DNA of 64,000 bases, taken from the NCBI RefSeq assembly GCF_001194135.2, contig NC_069003.1:17381937-17445936 (forward strand). The letters run 5' to 3'. This DNA comes from Octopus bimaculoides. Taxonomy: Eukaryota. Below, one piece after another: positions 12,135-24,887 of the stretch. A program made the translations under genes and the position numbers. The notes below the pieces were generated by a model. That model was not told the origin of the DNA and made no database searches. It saw nothing but the letters and a program-made list of their open reading frames with translations. Numbering within the stretch: position 1 is the stretch's first letter; each line of letters begins with the position of its first letter.

Positions 12135-14220
12135 AAAAGAGAGAATTCATCATCTCTTAAATGTAGAACTGAAAGATTCAATTGTTAGAACATTGAAGAG
12201 CTCTTGGGAAAACAACTCAGTGGGAAGCAGCACAGAGTTGGGGAATTTCAAGAGGTCTGCGCCAGAATTTGCAAAAGAATGAAGCTGACCTTTGTGCCAA
12301 AGAACATGATGGCTGTTCATCAAAAAGAAAGCATCAATGAGAGGGAAAGGGCCATCTACGATTGGTTTCAATTTATTCACTTGAGAAATGTCTCCATCAA
12401 CGGCCCGATCCCAATGCAGAAAGCCAACACTATTGCTCAAGCTGCTGGACATGATTTTAAGGCATCCGAAGGTTGGTTTTACCATTGGCAAAAAAGACAT
12501 GGAATCTCTTTTATGGTTCTAAAAGGTAAGCTTTGTAGTTCACTAGTTCACATTTTTCTCTTTAGAGAACACAAACTAAACATTTCATAATTTGCAGGTG
12601 ATGCAGCTGAAGCTGGCATCAATGGAGCCCATCAATTTCATGAGACAACCATGCAGCTTCTACTGAAATCATATCAGCCACAGGACATCTACAACGCCAA
12701 TGAAACTGGGATCTACTTTTGTGCATTACCAGGGAACACACATGTCAATGAGAGTTGCAAGAAATCTGTGAGGGGCTTTAAGATGGCAAAGGACCGTGTG
12801 ATGGTAGTCTGCAACATGAATGGAGACCAAGAAGACTTGCTCTTAATTGGAAAGGCTGGTTCAGCAAAATGCTTCAAAAATGTCAAAATGCTCAAAAAGA
12901 AATTGAAGAACTTGTTGTCCATAGGTGATGATGGTGTTGTTACTCCAGAGATCATCACTGAAGAAGAAAAACTAGATGAGATCATCCATGACATTCAGCA
13001 ATCTGAGAAGGAAACCAAAGGAGATGAAGATGGCGATTCTGATGTTGATGAAAGAGTTCTGGAGCCTCCAACACCAGCTGAAATGAGACACTATCTCACT
13101 CGATTAGAAAGTGGCCTTGAAAGTTTTGATTTCAGTGACACAACTCTTTTTAGAACTCTTAAGGAAAAAAAAAATCAATGCAGAGCCGCAAACAAAGCAT
13201 CCAGCAAAGCAAACAACACTTGACAAATTTTTCATTCAATGACATTATTTATAATGTTTTTGTGTATTTGCATATCTATGTATTTTAATAAATACACATG
13301 TTTAATCAATTGGCGAGTTTTGTTCCCTTGGTTAATAAATCCCCCATTTAATTAATTCGAAATAGGCAGTCCCAAGATGGATTTATAAAGTGGGGTCTAC
13401 TGTATGTGTATATATATAATTAATAAGTTTGAAAATGGAGAGATTTAATGGATATAAATTAATTTATTAATTATTGTTTCACATCGTACCCAATTTAAAT
13501 TACAAATCATATATAATAATATAAGTTTGCATTTTGAGTACCCTGGGTGGAAAATGGGTATTACAGAGTTTACATTTTGATCAGTTGAAATACTCCAACA
13601 GATTAAGCTTATGAAAATATGTTTATTGTGTGCATATGCAAATCTGCACATGCGTTAACATTTTTATTTTTATTTAAATACCATAATAATAATAATGAAT
13701 TTAAAATATATAAGAATAAAGATAAAGGATAAAAATAAAGATTAATAATAGATAATGAAAATAATGAAATATTAATAATAAAATAAAATGAAATAAAAGT
13801 TTGTCCATGGTCAATTTTGGTTTATGTGTGAGTGTATGTTCATGCATTTATATGTGTACTTGTATGAGTATACACGTATGTTTACTTCCTAAGTTAATTT
13901 ATGTGTGTGTATGTGTGTCAGCATAAGGCTACTGAATACAAGTATGAATGTCATCGTTTATGCATGAGTATGTGTGTGTGTGTGATTATGGATCCTTATT
14001 ACTTAAGTTACTTTATTAGTGTCTATGCAGATTAGTAAAAGGTTATCGAATATTTCTATAACTATATATGCATTTATATGTATGGATATTTATAGCCCAT
14101 TTCAGTTTATGTATGATTGTTTATATGTGTGCATATATAGGTGTTTATTGTCTATGTTGATTTATGTGTGCGTAAGTGTGTATGTATGTTAGTAACATGT
14201 TATGAAGTCAAATCAGTTTG

Positions 14221-14261
<41 letters not shown>

Positions 14262-14780
14262 CGTTTGAGNNNNNNNNNNNNNNNNNNNNNNNNNNNNNNN
14301 NNNNNNNNNNNNNNNNNNNNNNNNNNNNNNNNNNNNNNNNNNNNNNNNNNNNNNNNNNNNNNNNNNNNNNNNNNNNNNNNNNNNNNNNNNTATATATATA
14401 TATATATATATTCCCTTATATGCTTGAGTCTAATTCATGAAACAGTAAGATAATTAGTAAAGTAATTATATTTGTATTTAGTTACTGATTCATAGTTTAT
14501 TCTATATAACATTATATATTTAAGTGTGTGTGAAAGAGAACACATATAAATGCGGCTGATGATACACATATTTAAAATTAATATGTAGATATATTAAGTG
14601 CATTATGTCATCAAGATTAGTATTATTGATAGATTTATAATATTTTCATCTAAAATAAGATGTATTATATTATCTGATTAATTAATAAAGATCAATACTC
14701 ACTATTATTATTAAACTGATATTTAAGTATTACATAATATATAGTATATATTATTTATATCATTTTTATCCAATGTTTGA

Positions 14781-15681
14781 TCTGTAAATTATATTATACT
14801 TATTCTGTGGGTGTGTTTGTGGAGTTGTTAGTTAACTCCTCCTACATCATTTTATTGATTTTGATGAAACTTGACACGTGAGTAGAACATATGTCTGGAA
14901 ACCTCATGGCATACTTAGATTGTTGAAAAAAAATCGATAATAGGGCACCTGGAAGGGATCCTTATATATATCTAATATATTTCATTTTAACAGTCAAGGG
15001 AAATAACCCATTCACCCAGATTTTAACAGCCAAGGGAAACAACCCATTCATTTTCCTAAATCATTTAGTATACATCAAATTGAGTATGCTTATTTCTTAG
15101 TATTTGAACTGTTAGAGTTATTTTCGCAATTTACCCAGTACAACCCCTAAACAAGTAAATAGTATTTTCCTAAATAATAGATCCACTTATTTCAGTTAGC
15201 GACTTATTCACGAATATACAAACATTAGCGCAGCTGAGGGTATTATTCTCTGGGAACACACAAAAGCCCTTTTCAGAGTTATTCATTTTGAATTGTTATC
15301 TCATATCTGATTAGCCTGTTATTATGTAACATGCTTCATGATTTTAGTATACATACCTTATTAACATTTCTTCCTAAGTTCTATATACTCTGGGAATGCA
15401 TTAAAACCTTTTTCAGGGCTACTTTATTTGAATTTTAGTATCGGGTAACTAATTTCATGTTATTACATAACTAACTTCACACTTTGGGTTTTCGTAACTT
15501 ATTGGGAATTCCTAAAAACAAGATCCTGTGTAAGACAGTTCGCTGTTCTCTGTAAATGCACAAAAACCATTTTAAGGGCTACATACTTTGTATTGCTGTT
15601 ATTGGATTAGCGAAACAATTATGAGAACAGAACCAAGGGATAAGCACCGCTTTCCTGGGAATTACTGGGTACGTCAGCTAA
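14781..15681 (+). mobile_element. Non-autonomous Helitron
   Basis: A|TCTGTAAATTATA... start, internal degenerate subrepeats, and a degenerate hairpin CCTGGG...CTGGG followed by TCAGCTAA|T (CTRR). Confidence 0.6.
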
Positions 15682-16199
15682 TTTTCTAAAATATACCTAA
15701 GTAGGGAGTTCCGAAAGGGGTCTCAGGGAGTAGCGTCCCTGCCTTCCTGAGCTAGGTTTCCACCACATTTCTTCAAATTCGTGGTCGAGGCCTTAGTCTC
15801 AAGAGCACTCATGTCTAGAAACTGGGTTTGGAGGTAAGCAAAGGCATGTTCCCCATAGAAAATCCAGCTCCAAAAAAGCCTCATGATAGCAAAGGAGAAT
15901 GGACACCAGCCAGCCCAAAGGTTGGGGAGGGCTGCACCTGCCTATCTCAGTTGCTATGGCATTGAGGTAGATCTGGCCACCCCCGTTAATGGGGACAAAA
16001 CCAGGATTTAAAACACTGGATGATGATAATGATGATGATGATGATGACGTAGTTTAATTCCAACAAGTTAAAATATTCACTCTTCCTGAGTTAATTGAGT
16101 TTAGATATATATTTTATGCTTATTATACATTATGCTTACATTTCTAATGTTCAGTTTTGTTATTTATTATTCATTTATCAATTAAATTTTTTAAAAACA

Positions 16200-17070
16200 T
16201 ACTTTGAGTAGTGACACCAAGCTAAAATATTTTCTTTCTTAGAGTTAATCAATCTTTGTTTAGATTTTATTATTTGAAAAATTTCTTCAGTAGATAATTT
16301 ACATTTACTACCTGAAATTTGATAAGCTCTGGCACGACTTACAACCTCCCATTTAATCTTATACTTTTCCCATCATCTTTTAACATCCATATAAATTTGC
16401 TGAGACTAGTGTTATTGATTTTGTGCTTATTTCTAAAACAACTCCCATGGTTCACAACTTTTTGTTTAAATTGAGTTTCGGTTGAAACTTTGTAATGGTA
16501 TTCCTTCCTTTCAAATTTAACTACACACTTATATACCAGGTTATCTTGTTTACAATTATTATTAAGTTTGCAATTTTCTTTAATCCTGCAATCACAATTT
16601 TTATTAACGTCATTATTTATACAATTCCTAATGTTGATTATTTCTATTATTTTCATTTTTATCATTAATATTATTTGGGTTAGAAAGGGAGTCAATATGG
16701 GTTATTTCCCATTTACTTTTATAAATTGCATTAACATCATTTTTAATTGAATTTCAATTGTTATGAAAAATATCTAATTTTCTGTTAGTAATTGAAGATA
16801 TTATTCCAAAAAGATTCATTGACAAGGAATGACCAACATTTATAGATTTAGAATTAATAATTTCACTATACTTATATCCTTATTTAAATGTTTATGAATT
16901 AATCAATAAATTGATTTAATTATGTTACTTTTCATTTGATTTTCAAAGGTGATAATAAACCACAAATTATTGATTTTATTTGGACAACCATAATCTATAT
17001 TAGATTTATCAGAATTTATGCAAGGAGTATATCTATTTTTATTAATATTATATTTACGATTATAAGTATT
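16200..17070 (-). mobile_element. Penelope-like element remnant (GIY-YIG endonuclease)
   Basis: ORF 16339-16695: CDCRIKENCKLNNNCKQDNLVYKCVV...YKVSTETQFKQKVVNHGSCFRNK...TSLSKFIWMLK. Confidence 0.85.
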
Positions 17071-17078
17071 ATCGTATA

Positions 17079-17289
17079 CTAGCAGTATAGCCCGGCTTTG
17101 CCCGGGATTAAGTTGGGATTATTTATTTCAAACCAAACTAAGTAACATGACGTCAAATTTGGGCAGAATCAGTGGGGTTGAGAGTTTGATCGGCAGAAGT
17201 GATCAGGTTACACATGCCATCCCTTTGAAAACACCACCGCCATCATCTAACCCCTCTTTGCTCATGGGTTAGGAACCCANNNNNNNNNN

Positions 17290-17330
<41 letters not shown>

Positions 17331-18633
17331 TTATTTATATGAGCAACACACACATACACACATGCACGTATGTACACCAATTGTATACATATTTTTTGTA
17401 CGCATACATGTTCGCATGTGTGTGTGTTGCCCATATATCAACAAAACACACACACCTTGCCTTACATATATATACGGATAAATGATTAGAAATAAATATA
17501 TTTGGGAAATGGCGATTTACGGTACAATACCTAGAAACGTGAAAATCAGACCACNNNNNNNNNNNNNNNNNNNNNNNNNNNNNNNNNNNNNNNNNNNNNN
17601 NNNNNNNNNNNNNNNNNNNNNNNNNNNNNNNNNNNNNNNNNNNNNNNNNNNNNNNNNNNNNNNNNNNNNNNNNNNNNNNNNNNNNNNNNNNNNNNNNNNN
17701 NNNNNNNNNNNNNNNNNNNNNNNNNNNNNNNNNNNNNNNNNNNNNNNNNNNNNNNNNNNNNNNNNNNNNNNNNNNNNNNNNNNNNNNNNNNNNNNNNNNN
17801 NNNNNNNNNNNNNNNNNNNNNNNNNNNNNNNNNNNNNNNNNNNNNNNNNNNNNNNNNNNNNNNNNNNNNNNNNNNNNNNNNNNNNNNNNNNNNNNNNNNN
17901 NNNNNNNNNNNNNNNNNNNNNNNNNNNNNNNNNNNNNNNNNNNNNNNNNNNNNNNNNNNNNNNNNNNNNNNNNNNNNNNNNNNNNNNNNNNNNNNNNNNN
18001 NNNNNNNNNNNNNNNNNNNNNNNNNNNNNNNNNNNNNNNNNNNNNNNNNNNNNNNNNNNNNNNNNNNNNNNNNNNNNNNNNNNNNNNNNNNNNNNNNNNN
18101 NNNNNNNNNNNNNNNNNNNNNNNNNNNNNNNNNNNNNNNNNNNNNNNNNNNNNNNNNNNNNNNNNNNNNNNNNNNNNNNNNNNNNNNNNNNNNNNNNNNN
18201 NNNNNNNNNNNNNNNNNNNNNNNNNNNNNNNNNNNNNNNNNNNNNNNNNNNNNNNNNNNNNNNNNNNNNNNNNNNNNNNNNNNNNNNNNNNNGAGAGGGT
18301 ATTTTTTTGTTTGATAGCTGGCAAACAAAAAATGTATCTTTCCTTCACCCTCCCTCTCAGAAACATACAATTTTTCTCTCTCTCTCTCTACTTCATGCGC
18401 GTACGCACAGATTTGACTTCGCCATGTCAACAAACTTCAAAATTTGCAAAAGTTTATCGATTTTTACAGGTATACGCGGGTACCTCTGAGAGAGAAAGTT
18501 CACTAAAATGCACATAGGGTCATTCCGAATCTTCTCCTAAAATTGGAGCGACATGCGTGCTAATTTGTGGACGTGCATAAACGACATTCACATACACACA
18601 CACACACAAACATCATCTGTTTTATAGATATTG
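17079..18633 (-). mobile_element. Non-autonomous Helitron (both ends visible, spans gaps)
   Basis: 5' A|TCAATATCTATAAAC at 18633 and 3' CCCGGGCAAAGCCGGGCTATACTGCTAG|T at 17079. A second 5' end of the same family is at 19368. Confidence 0.8.
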
Positions 18634-18722
18634 ATGTTATTTGTTTTACTACATCTTTCATTTTCGTATTCATTACCATATTCACGTTTCATGCATTTAG
18701 AATCAAATTTAGTATTTATTAA

Positions 18723-19110
18723 TACTCTTTTACTTGTTTCAGTCATTTGACTGTGGTCAAGCTGGAGCACCGCCTTTAGTTGAGTGAATCGACCCCAGGA
18801 TTTATTCTTTGTAAGCCTAGTACTTATTCTATCAGTCTCTTTTCTTGAACCGCTAAGTTACGAGGACGAAAACACACCAGCATCGGTTGTCAAGCAATGT
18901 TGTGGGGACAAACACAGACACACAAACGTATATATACACACACGTATACGTACGATGGGCTTCTTTCAGTTTCCGTCTACCAAATCCACTCACAATGCTT
19001 TGGTCAGCCCGAGGCTATAGTAGAAGACACTTGCCCAAGGTGCCATGCAGTGGGACTGAACCCAGAACCATGTGGTTGGTAAGCAAGCTACTTACCACAC
19101 AGCCACTCCT
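18723..19110 (-). mobile_element. tRNA-derived SINE (family A)
   Basis: Near-identical to 903-1280. Confidence 0.88.
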
Positions 19111-20149
19111 GTATGTGTATGTATATGTATGTATGTATATATATATATCTATATGTATATATATATGTATACATTTGATAAATAAATTCAAAAAGGGATA
19201 AAACACTTTTACAAGAATTTTANNNNNNNNNNNNNNNNNNNNNNNNNNNNNNNNNNNNNNNNNNNNNNNNNNNNNNNNNNNNNNNNNNNNNNNNNNNNNN
19301 NNNNNNNNNNNNNNNNNNNNNNATCACGTACACACACACACAAACATCTTGTGTTTTATAGATATTGATGTCTTTTCTGGCAGTTGTTTGCTTGTCTTGT
19401 ACAGTCTTTCATTAGTATCAAGTAAAATCTTATTTATGATATATAAAATAAAAGCCATACCATTTGTTAAATATCTTATGTTCCTATCAGCCATTTAGGG
19501 CATTCATATACTGCTTGGAATTTTGCATTTATTGACCTAGATGTTTTTGATAAGGTACTATTCTTTGCAGTCTGGTTGGATCTAGAATGCTTCATGTGAT
19601 CTGGTGTTGTGTGCAGGAAAAGGATGTAAATATGAACTATGTAGCTAATCTGGACAGTAATTACACTAAAAATGCTGTTGGATGATAGACTGACAGGGTA
19701 TCTAATTTTAAGTGTGCTAGATACACTATAATAGCCAGTAGTGTCAACACCGATGAACAAAAGACTATAAACAATTTAAATGAATTGCTAGGAATTGCAG
19801 ATAAATTCTGCCATATAGATAATATAGTCAGTAATGGATTTATGGAGGTGGGATTATTTGTAATTGATTTCAAATTTTGACACAAAGCCAGCAACTTTGG
19901 GGGAGGATGTAAGTCAATTATATCGACACCAGTTTTCAACTGGTACATATTTCATCAACCCTGAAAGGATGAAAGGCTAAGTTAGCTTCAGCAGAATTTG
20001 AACTTAGAACATGATGACATATGAAATGTGCTAAGCATTTTGCTCAGCATGTTAACATTCTTGCCAGCTCACCATCCTCTACTAGGTATTAATATTAAAA
20101 AAGATGATTTGTGAAGTGTTGAAAAATGAAGGTTTTTTTTGTTTTTTCT

Positions 20150-20504
20150 TCTCTGCATATGAAGGAAAACTCTATTGGAACAAAAGTGTGAAGTTTGATG
20201 CTATATACAAGTAAAACATGGTCTGTATCTGCAGTGACAAGAGAAGAATGAACTGAATGTAACTGGATTTGACTTGAAATTCTAATTGGGAGAATGGCTG
20301 AATGGATATGAGTTATGAAATTAATTAATATTTCAAAGATTATAGCAAATTGTACAAAAGAGAAGTTCACACTAGTTTAGACATGCAATATGAATGAAAG
20401 ATAGCATTGGAAGATGTGCTGGGAGTTAGTTGTAAAAAGTCTTCAGTGTAGCAGCTTACTGAAAAAAGATTTGGAAAGAAGCAGCCAGAGCAGATTTCAG
20501 AGAG
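20150..20504 (+). mobile_element. Old RTE LINE 3' coding remnant
   Basis: Degenerate KGKLY...LMLYTSKTWSV...VQKR...KKIWKEAARADF aligns by eye with the RTE C-terminus seen at 38500-38830. Confidence 0.55.
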
Positions 20505-20506
20505 TA

Positions 20507-21498
20507 CTGTAAAAACCTGTGTAATTTGTGCACCTGTGTAATTTATGTAGGTGATTTTCAGGATAAAATTTGTACCCCAAAGTTTTGAGAATTGCTGATA
20601 TGGCCAGGGGGGAAAGGTTTTCAGTTTAGTTGTATTTAGCATAGTTTCATTTTCTTATGATTAGATTTTATTAAATTTTCATTAAATAAAAATAATTTCT
20701 GTTTAACAAGTATCACATTGAAAGCTATTAAATTACAAAGTGCTTGTGTTTATTATAAACTTTATTTTACATTTCTTGCTCACAAGAGATTATGTCCGAT
20801 CTTTAGCATACTGCTGTATGTCTTCTCAAATCACGATCACAGCAAATGTTGTTTGTAAGAATTACCAACAAAAACAAAGCTGATAAATATGCACAGGTAT
20901 TGCAAATTAAGTTCATTTACCAATAAACATCAGGTTGGGTGACACTTTACTCAACCGACAGAGAAGGTGACCGATCAAACTGATTACATAAACAGAATTC
21001 TTTTCCGCTTATTCTTGTCGGAACCTTTGATACAGAGTATCGAAATTTTAATCCCTTTCACACTTATAAAATGTCAAGCAAACTTTAAAATTTGTCATTA
21101 CTGTTATTGTCAGTATGAGCAGAACTTATGAATCATTTACTGCGAAGGAGAAATTAAATATGCATTCCATTGCAATAGGTAGAAAGTTCAAGCAATGTAA
21201 AATATGGCCTGTGTTTATCAGCATGAATGTCAGACTTCAAAACTAGTTAACCATTTAATGATTTTAGTAAAAGTCAACTTCATTATGCGTATTGAAGCCA
21301 TTATTTTTTTTGCAAAAACCTATTCTTACATTAAATGAGTCAACTTCTGGTATGAATTTTCGTGTTTTGTATGTCTTTTTTCAACAAAGATAATTTCAAA
21401 AGAAATTCTGGAAACGATCTACTCATGTAATTTATGTACCCCTAGTTTATTGTTATTTCTGCAAAAAAAATATCCATAAATTACATGGGTTTTTATGG
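20507..21498 (+). mobile_element. Tc2/pogo-like non-autonomous DNA transposon
   Basis: TA|CTGTAAAAACCTGTGTAATTTGTG ... (rc) TA|CCATAAAAACCCATGTAATTTATG. Contains an N-terminal remnant MSRTYESFTAKEKLN...AIGRKF. Confidence 0.75.
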
Positions 21499-21781
21499 TA
21501 TTCATTCCTTTGTTCTCAAACATTTCTCACAGATATAAATAAGAGCTATCAGAGAACAGAGAGGTCAGTTCTTCCAGTGATTCCACATACTGCACAGCTT
21601 CACTTTCTGGCAGACAGCTTTACCTACTACTACTACTACTACACATACACACAAAGAGCATGCAGTCATCTTTGACCCTGTATGTGAATAAATACTGAAA
21701 ATAACATTCCTCTTTTTAATGTTGTGATTACAATGTCCGATCAGAATTCAAGCAACTAAATAGTACATAACCTATTACATT

Positions 21782-21793
21782 TGGTGACCCCGA
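21782..21793 (+). promoter_or_regulatory. Primer binding site complementary to tRNA-Trp 3' end
   Basis: TGGTGACCCCGA 2 nt after the LTR end. It is the reverse complement of the metazoan tRNA-Trp 3' end ...UCGGGGUCACCA. Confidence 0.85.
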
Positions 21794-23025
21794 ACAAAAG
21801 AGCCACAACCATCGCTTCAATAGCCATTACACCTGAACGAGAGAACTGTAACCTTTGCTTCAACAGCTGTTACACCCAAACAAAAGAGACAACAGTCTTC
21901 ATTTTAACAGTTGTGACACCTGAAGAAAAAGAATAGCAGCCTTCTCTTTAAAAGTTGATACAACTACTGGATGCGAAGATAAAACTTTTTACAGTCTATG
22001 TCCTTAACAGACCAATGCATATCAGCACTCTCTTCTTCAGTAGACATGGCAGTTCCTCAGGCAGCTATTTCACCCACATTGAAGCTTAATTCACTTTGAA
22101 CCAGATAGTGAGTGATGCAGCCCGATTAACTCATTTAATCAGAGCACTTCCTCAAGAGGTTATGATAGAGGTGAGAAACTTAATCACGGCCCTACCCAGG
22201 TCTGTGTCATACATCTTTCTGGAGGGAATTAATTAAAAGGACATCTGCCTCCCAGTCAAAGTGGCTTCATCAGCTCTTGGCATGCAAGGAGTCGGGTGAT
22301 AAAAAAACCATTGTAACTCTTGCAATGAATGAAGCAACTCCTGGGTGACCATACACTGCCAGACGACATCTTCAAACAACTTTCCCCTCAAGCATCTGCC
22401 CTTTAATACCAAATTATACAAGCATCCACCAAGGAATCAGCCTCCGTCGAAGAACTGGTTGAGGTGGCAGACAGAATCACAGAGTTGGCTAACTCATCTT
22501 CCACTATGGCCCAGGTGACACAAGTATCTTCTATGAATCCTTTAACTGTATCCTCCAAATCTTTGGAAATTACAGATTTCCACACAGTTGTGACTCAGCA
22601 AGCTGCACAAATACAGGTAATTTTGGCATAGTTACAGGCCCTAACATTTTGTGGCCCACCTCCAAGCACCTATAACCAGCCCCGGCATTTTAACAATTGA
22701 CATTCACTGAGTCCCAGCAGTACTGGGCATTTTGATTGGCTTTGTCAGTACCATGTTCACTTCTGCGAGCCACCCTGTATTTTCACTGTAAAAAATCCCT
22801 ACCAGTCCAGAAAATGAGGAAGCCAGAGATTAGGGGCAGCAAATGATCCTGACTCTGATAAACCAAGTTGCCGTTTCTTTGTGAGTGACTACTCGACAGG
22901 TACCCATTTCCTTGTCGACACTGGTGCTGAAGTTAGTATCTTTCCACTCTCTCTAACCTCAGGCAATAGAAAAGTGATTAACCAATCATCCATCCAAACT
23001 TTTGGCAAACAGTCTCTCACTTTAT

Positions 23026-24887
23026 CCCTTTAGTAATCAGACTGGCCAAAACCCTTTAGTAATCAGACCAGCCAAAACCCGCCAAAAGTAATTCCCCTTT
23101 ATTTGTTTGAACTGGCCAAATCTGATTCCTCTACAAAACTGCTAAAAAAGTAAACAAATCATATTATTGAATTCTCATAGCTTTGAGATAATGCGAGATA
23201 AAGCCTTTCCCACCTTTATTCAAGTAAAAATACAGTGAAATTTTTTAGCCTTCTTGGCTTTTTCAACAGTTGATGAGAAGTGTATATCTTAGTTTTTAAC
23301 AAATATGGCGTCAGCAAGTAGCAATTCCTACTTAAAAGGTTTTACTCTCGATGATGTACAAAATATAAATGTAAACAATCTGATGAATCTGATATTGATA
23401 TTTATGAATCTTCATCGGACAAGGAAGATTTTGATAATGAAAGTGATAAAAATGAAAATGATGAAAATGATATTGGAAACATTACAGCAACATGACTGAA
23501 GATTACTACATCAACCACAATTCCTGATTTCACAGAAAATATTAGTCCACAACACAGTCTACCTCCCGATGCTCAAACATTGGCCTATCTATTTTTACTG
23601 CAAGGTTCTTTTGAAACTGTCATGGAGAAAATAAATATGCTTAATGCAAAATTTCTATTCATGGAAGACCCGATCCACTATGGCAGCCAACTGATACTGC
23701 AAAAATGCAAGCTTTTTTTACTCTAAACATTATGTTTGGTATCAAGCAGCTATCTCAACTGTGGAACTACTGGTGTCCTGATATAAGGTATGGTGATCCA
23801 TATATCTCCAGCATTATGTCTAACTATAGTTAATTCATATATTGTGTATGTAAAAAGCCACAAGGTACCTCACCACCAAAGGACTATGACCATTTGAAAT
23901 TTGTGGTTGAAATTGCATCTCACATATGTGATGGCTTTTCTTCCAGAAAGCATAGAATTGGGAGAAAAGCAAAATTAACTGATGTTGATGTCAACAGATA
24001 AAATATTGACTTCCATAAAATGGAAAAAATAAATGGAAGGAAAAAGTTTGTAGGCTGTGTTTACTGCAAAAAAGGAAAACTGTGAAAGGATATCAGGTTG
24101 AGACCTCATATATGTGTTCATTTTGTGAAGTGTCCTTGTGTAAAGGGTGCTTTGGACAGTTTCACAATAGAAATATGGCATAACAATATTTTGTTGTTTG
24201 ATAGTAACACTATAATATATTCCTTTTCATTTTATTACAAATAATATGTGAAAGTGGGAAATACATATCAATTTTCAGTATGTTACACAACTGTATTCAC
24301 CTTTGTCTCACCTGTTAATGAGCTTTTATTATTAGATGCATTCTGTTATGTAAATGTATTCATTAAATTGTATAAGAGTACATACATAGCCAATGGTATA
24401 TTGACTAGTAAAAGTGTTTATTTTACTTTATTTTCAATGAAAATGTTTGAATGACATATAGAGAAAGAATAAGACCTTGTACTGATTATACCTGTATTCT
24501 AATTAATTCAAATTAATGTACCCCATCTTGAGAAGTGGTAAAATTGCTGGCGGTTAAGATCTGGGATAATTATTAGTAAAAAAATCAAACAGGTAAGATG
24601 CATTAAGAATTTCAATTTTAGTGTTTATCCATAATGTTATTGCTTTTACACCTGTTGATTAAATTTATTTGCCCATAAAAATCAAATTTAATCAGCAAGA
24701 TCAGCTAAAATTACATAACTATAAACCACTGGTATATAAGCACCCACTGATAAAATTTCAAATCTGTATGTAAAAAATTAACAAGTTACAAGCAAATATT
24801 GTGGATACCCCTCTTAAACCTGAATAATTCAAAATAATGTGAACAAATAAGCATTACATTTTACAGATTAAGCTTAACACTAAAGGG
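23026..24887 (+). mobile_element. piggyBac element, internally deleted, nested in Gypsy protease
   Basis: TTAT|CCCTTTAGT ... ACTAAAGGG|TTAA. Has an acidic N-terminus, a PGBD-like remnant (DFTENI.PQHSLPPDAQ...LWNYWCPD) and a C-terminal Cys-rich domain (CVYCKK...YMCSFCEVSLCKGCFGQFH). No DDD core seen. Confidence 0.88.

Larger units (their letters stand above)
10832..13402 (+). mobile_element. pogo/Tigger DNA transposon, decayed and internally deleted
   Basis: TIRs CAGTAAATTCCGCTTTATAAATCCA and (rc) CAGTAGACCCCACTTTATAAATCCA, with TA on the right. ORF pieces carry a CENP-B-type HTH (FKASEGWFYHWQKRHGI) and the DDE start (QDIYNANETG). There is a frameshift and stop, and most of the DDE core is missing after KCFKNVK. 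Confidence 0.92.

Noticed and set aside
21791-21964. CRISPR-like array
   Set aside because: Whole units are similar with no unique spacers. It is a eukaryotic LTR-element leader with no cas genes.
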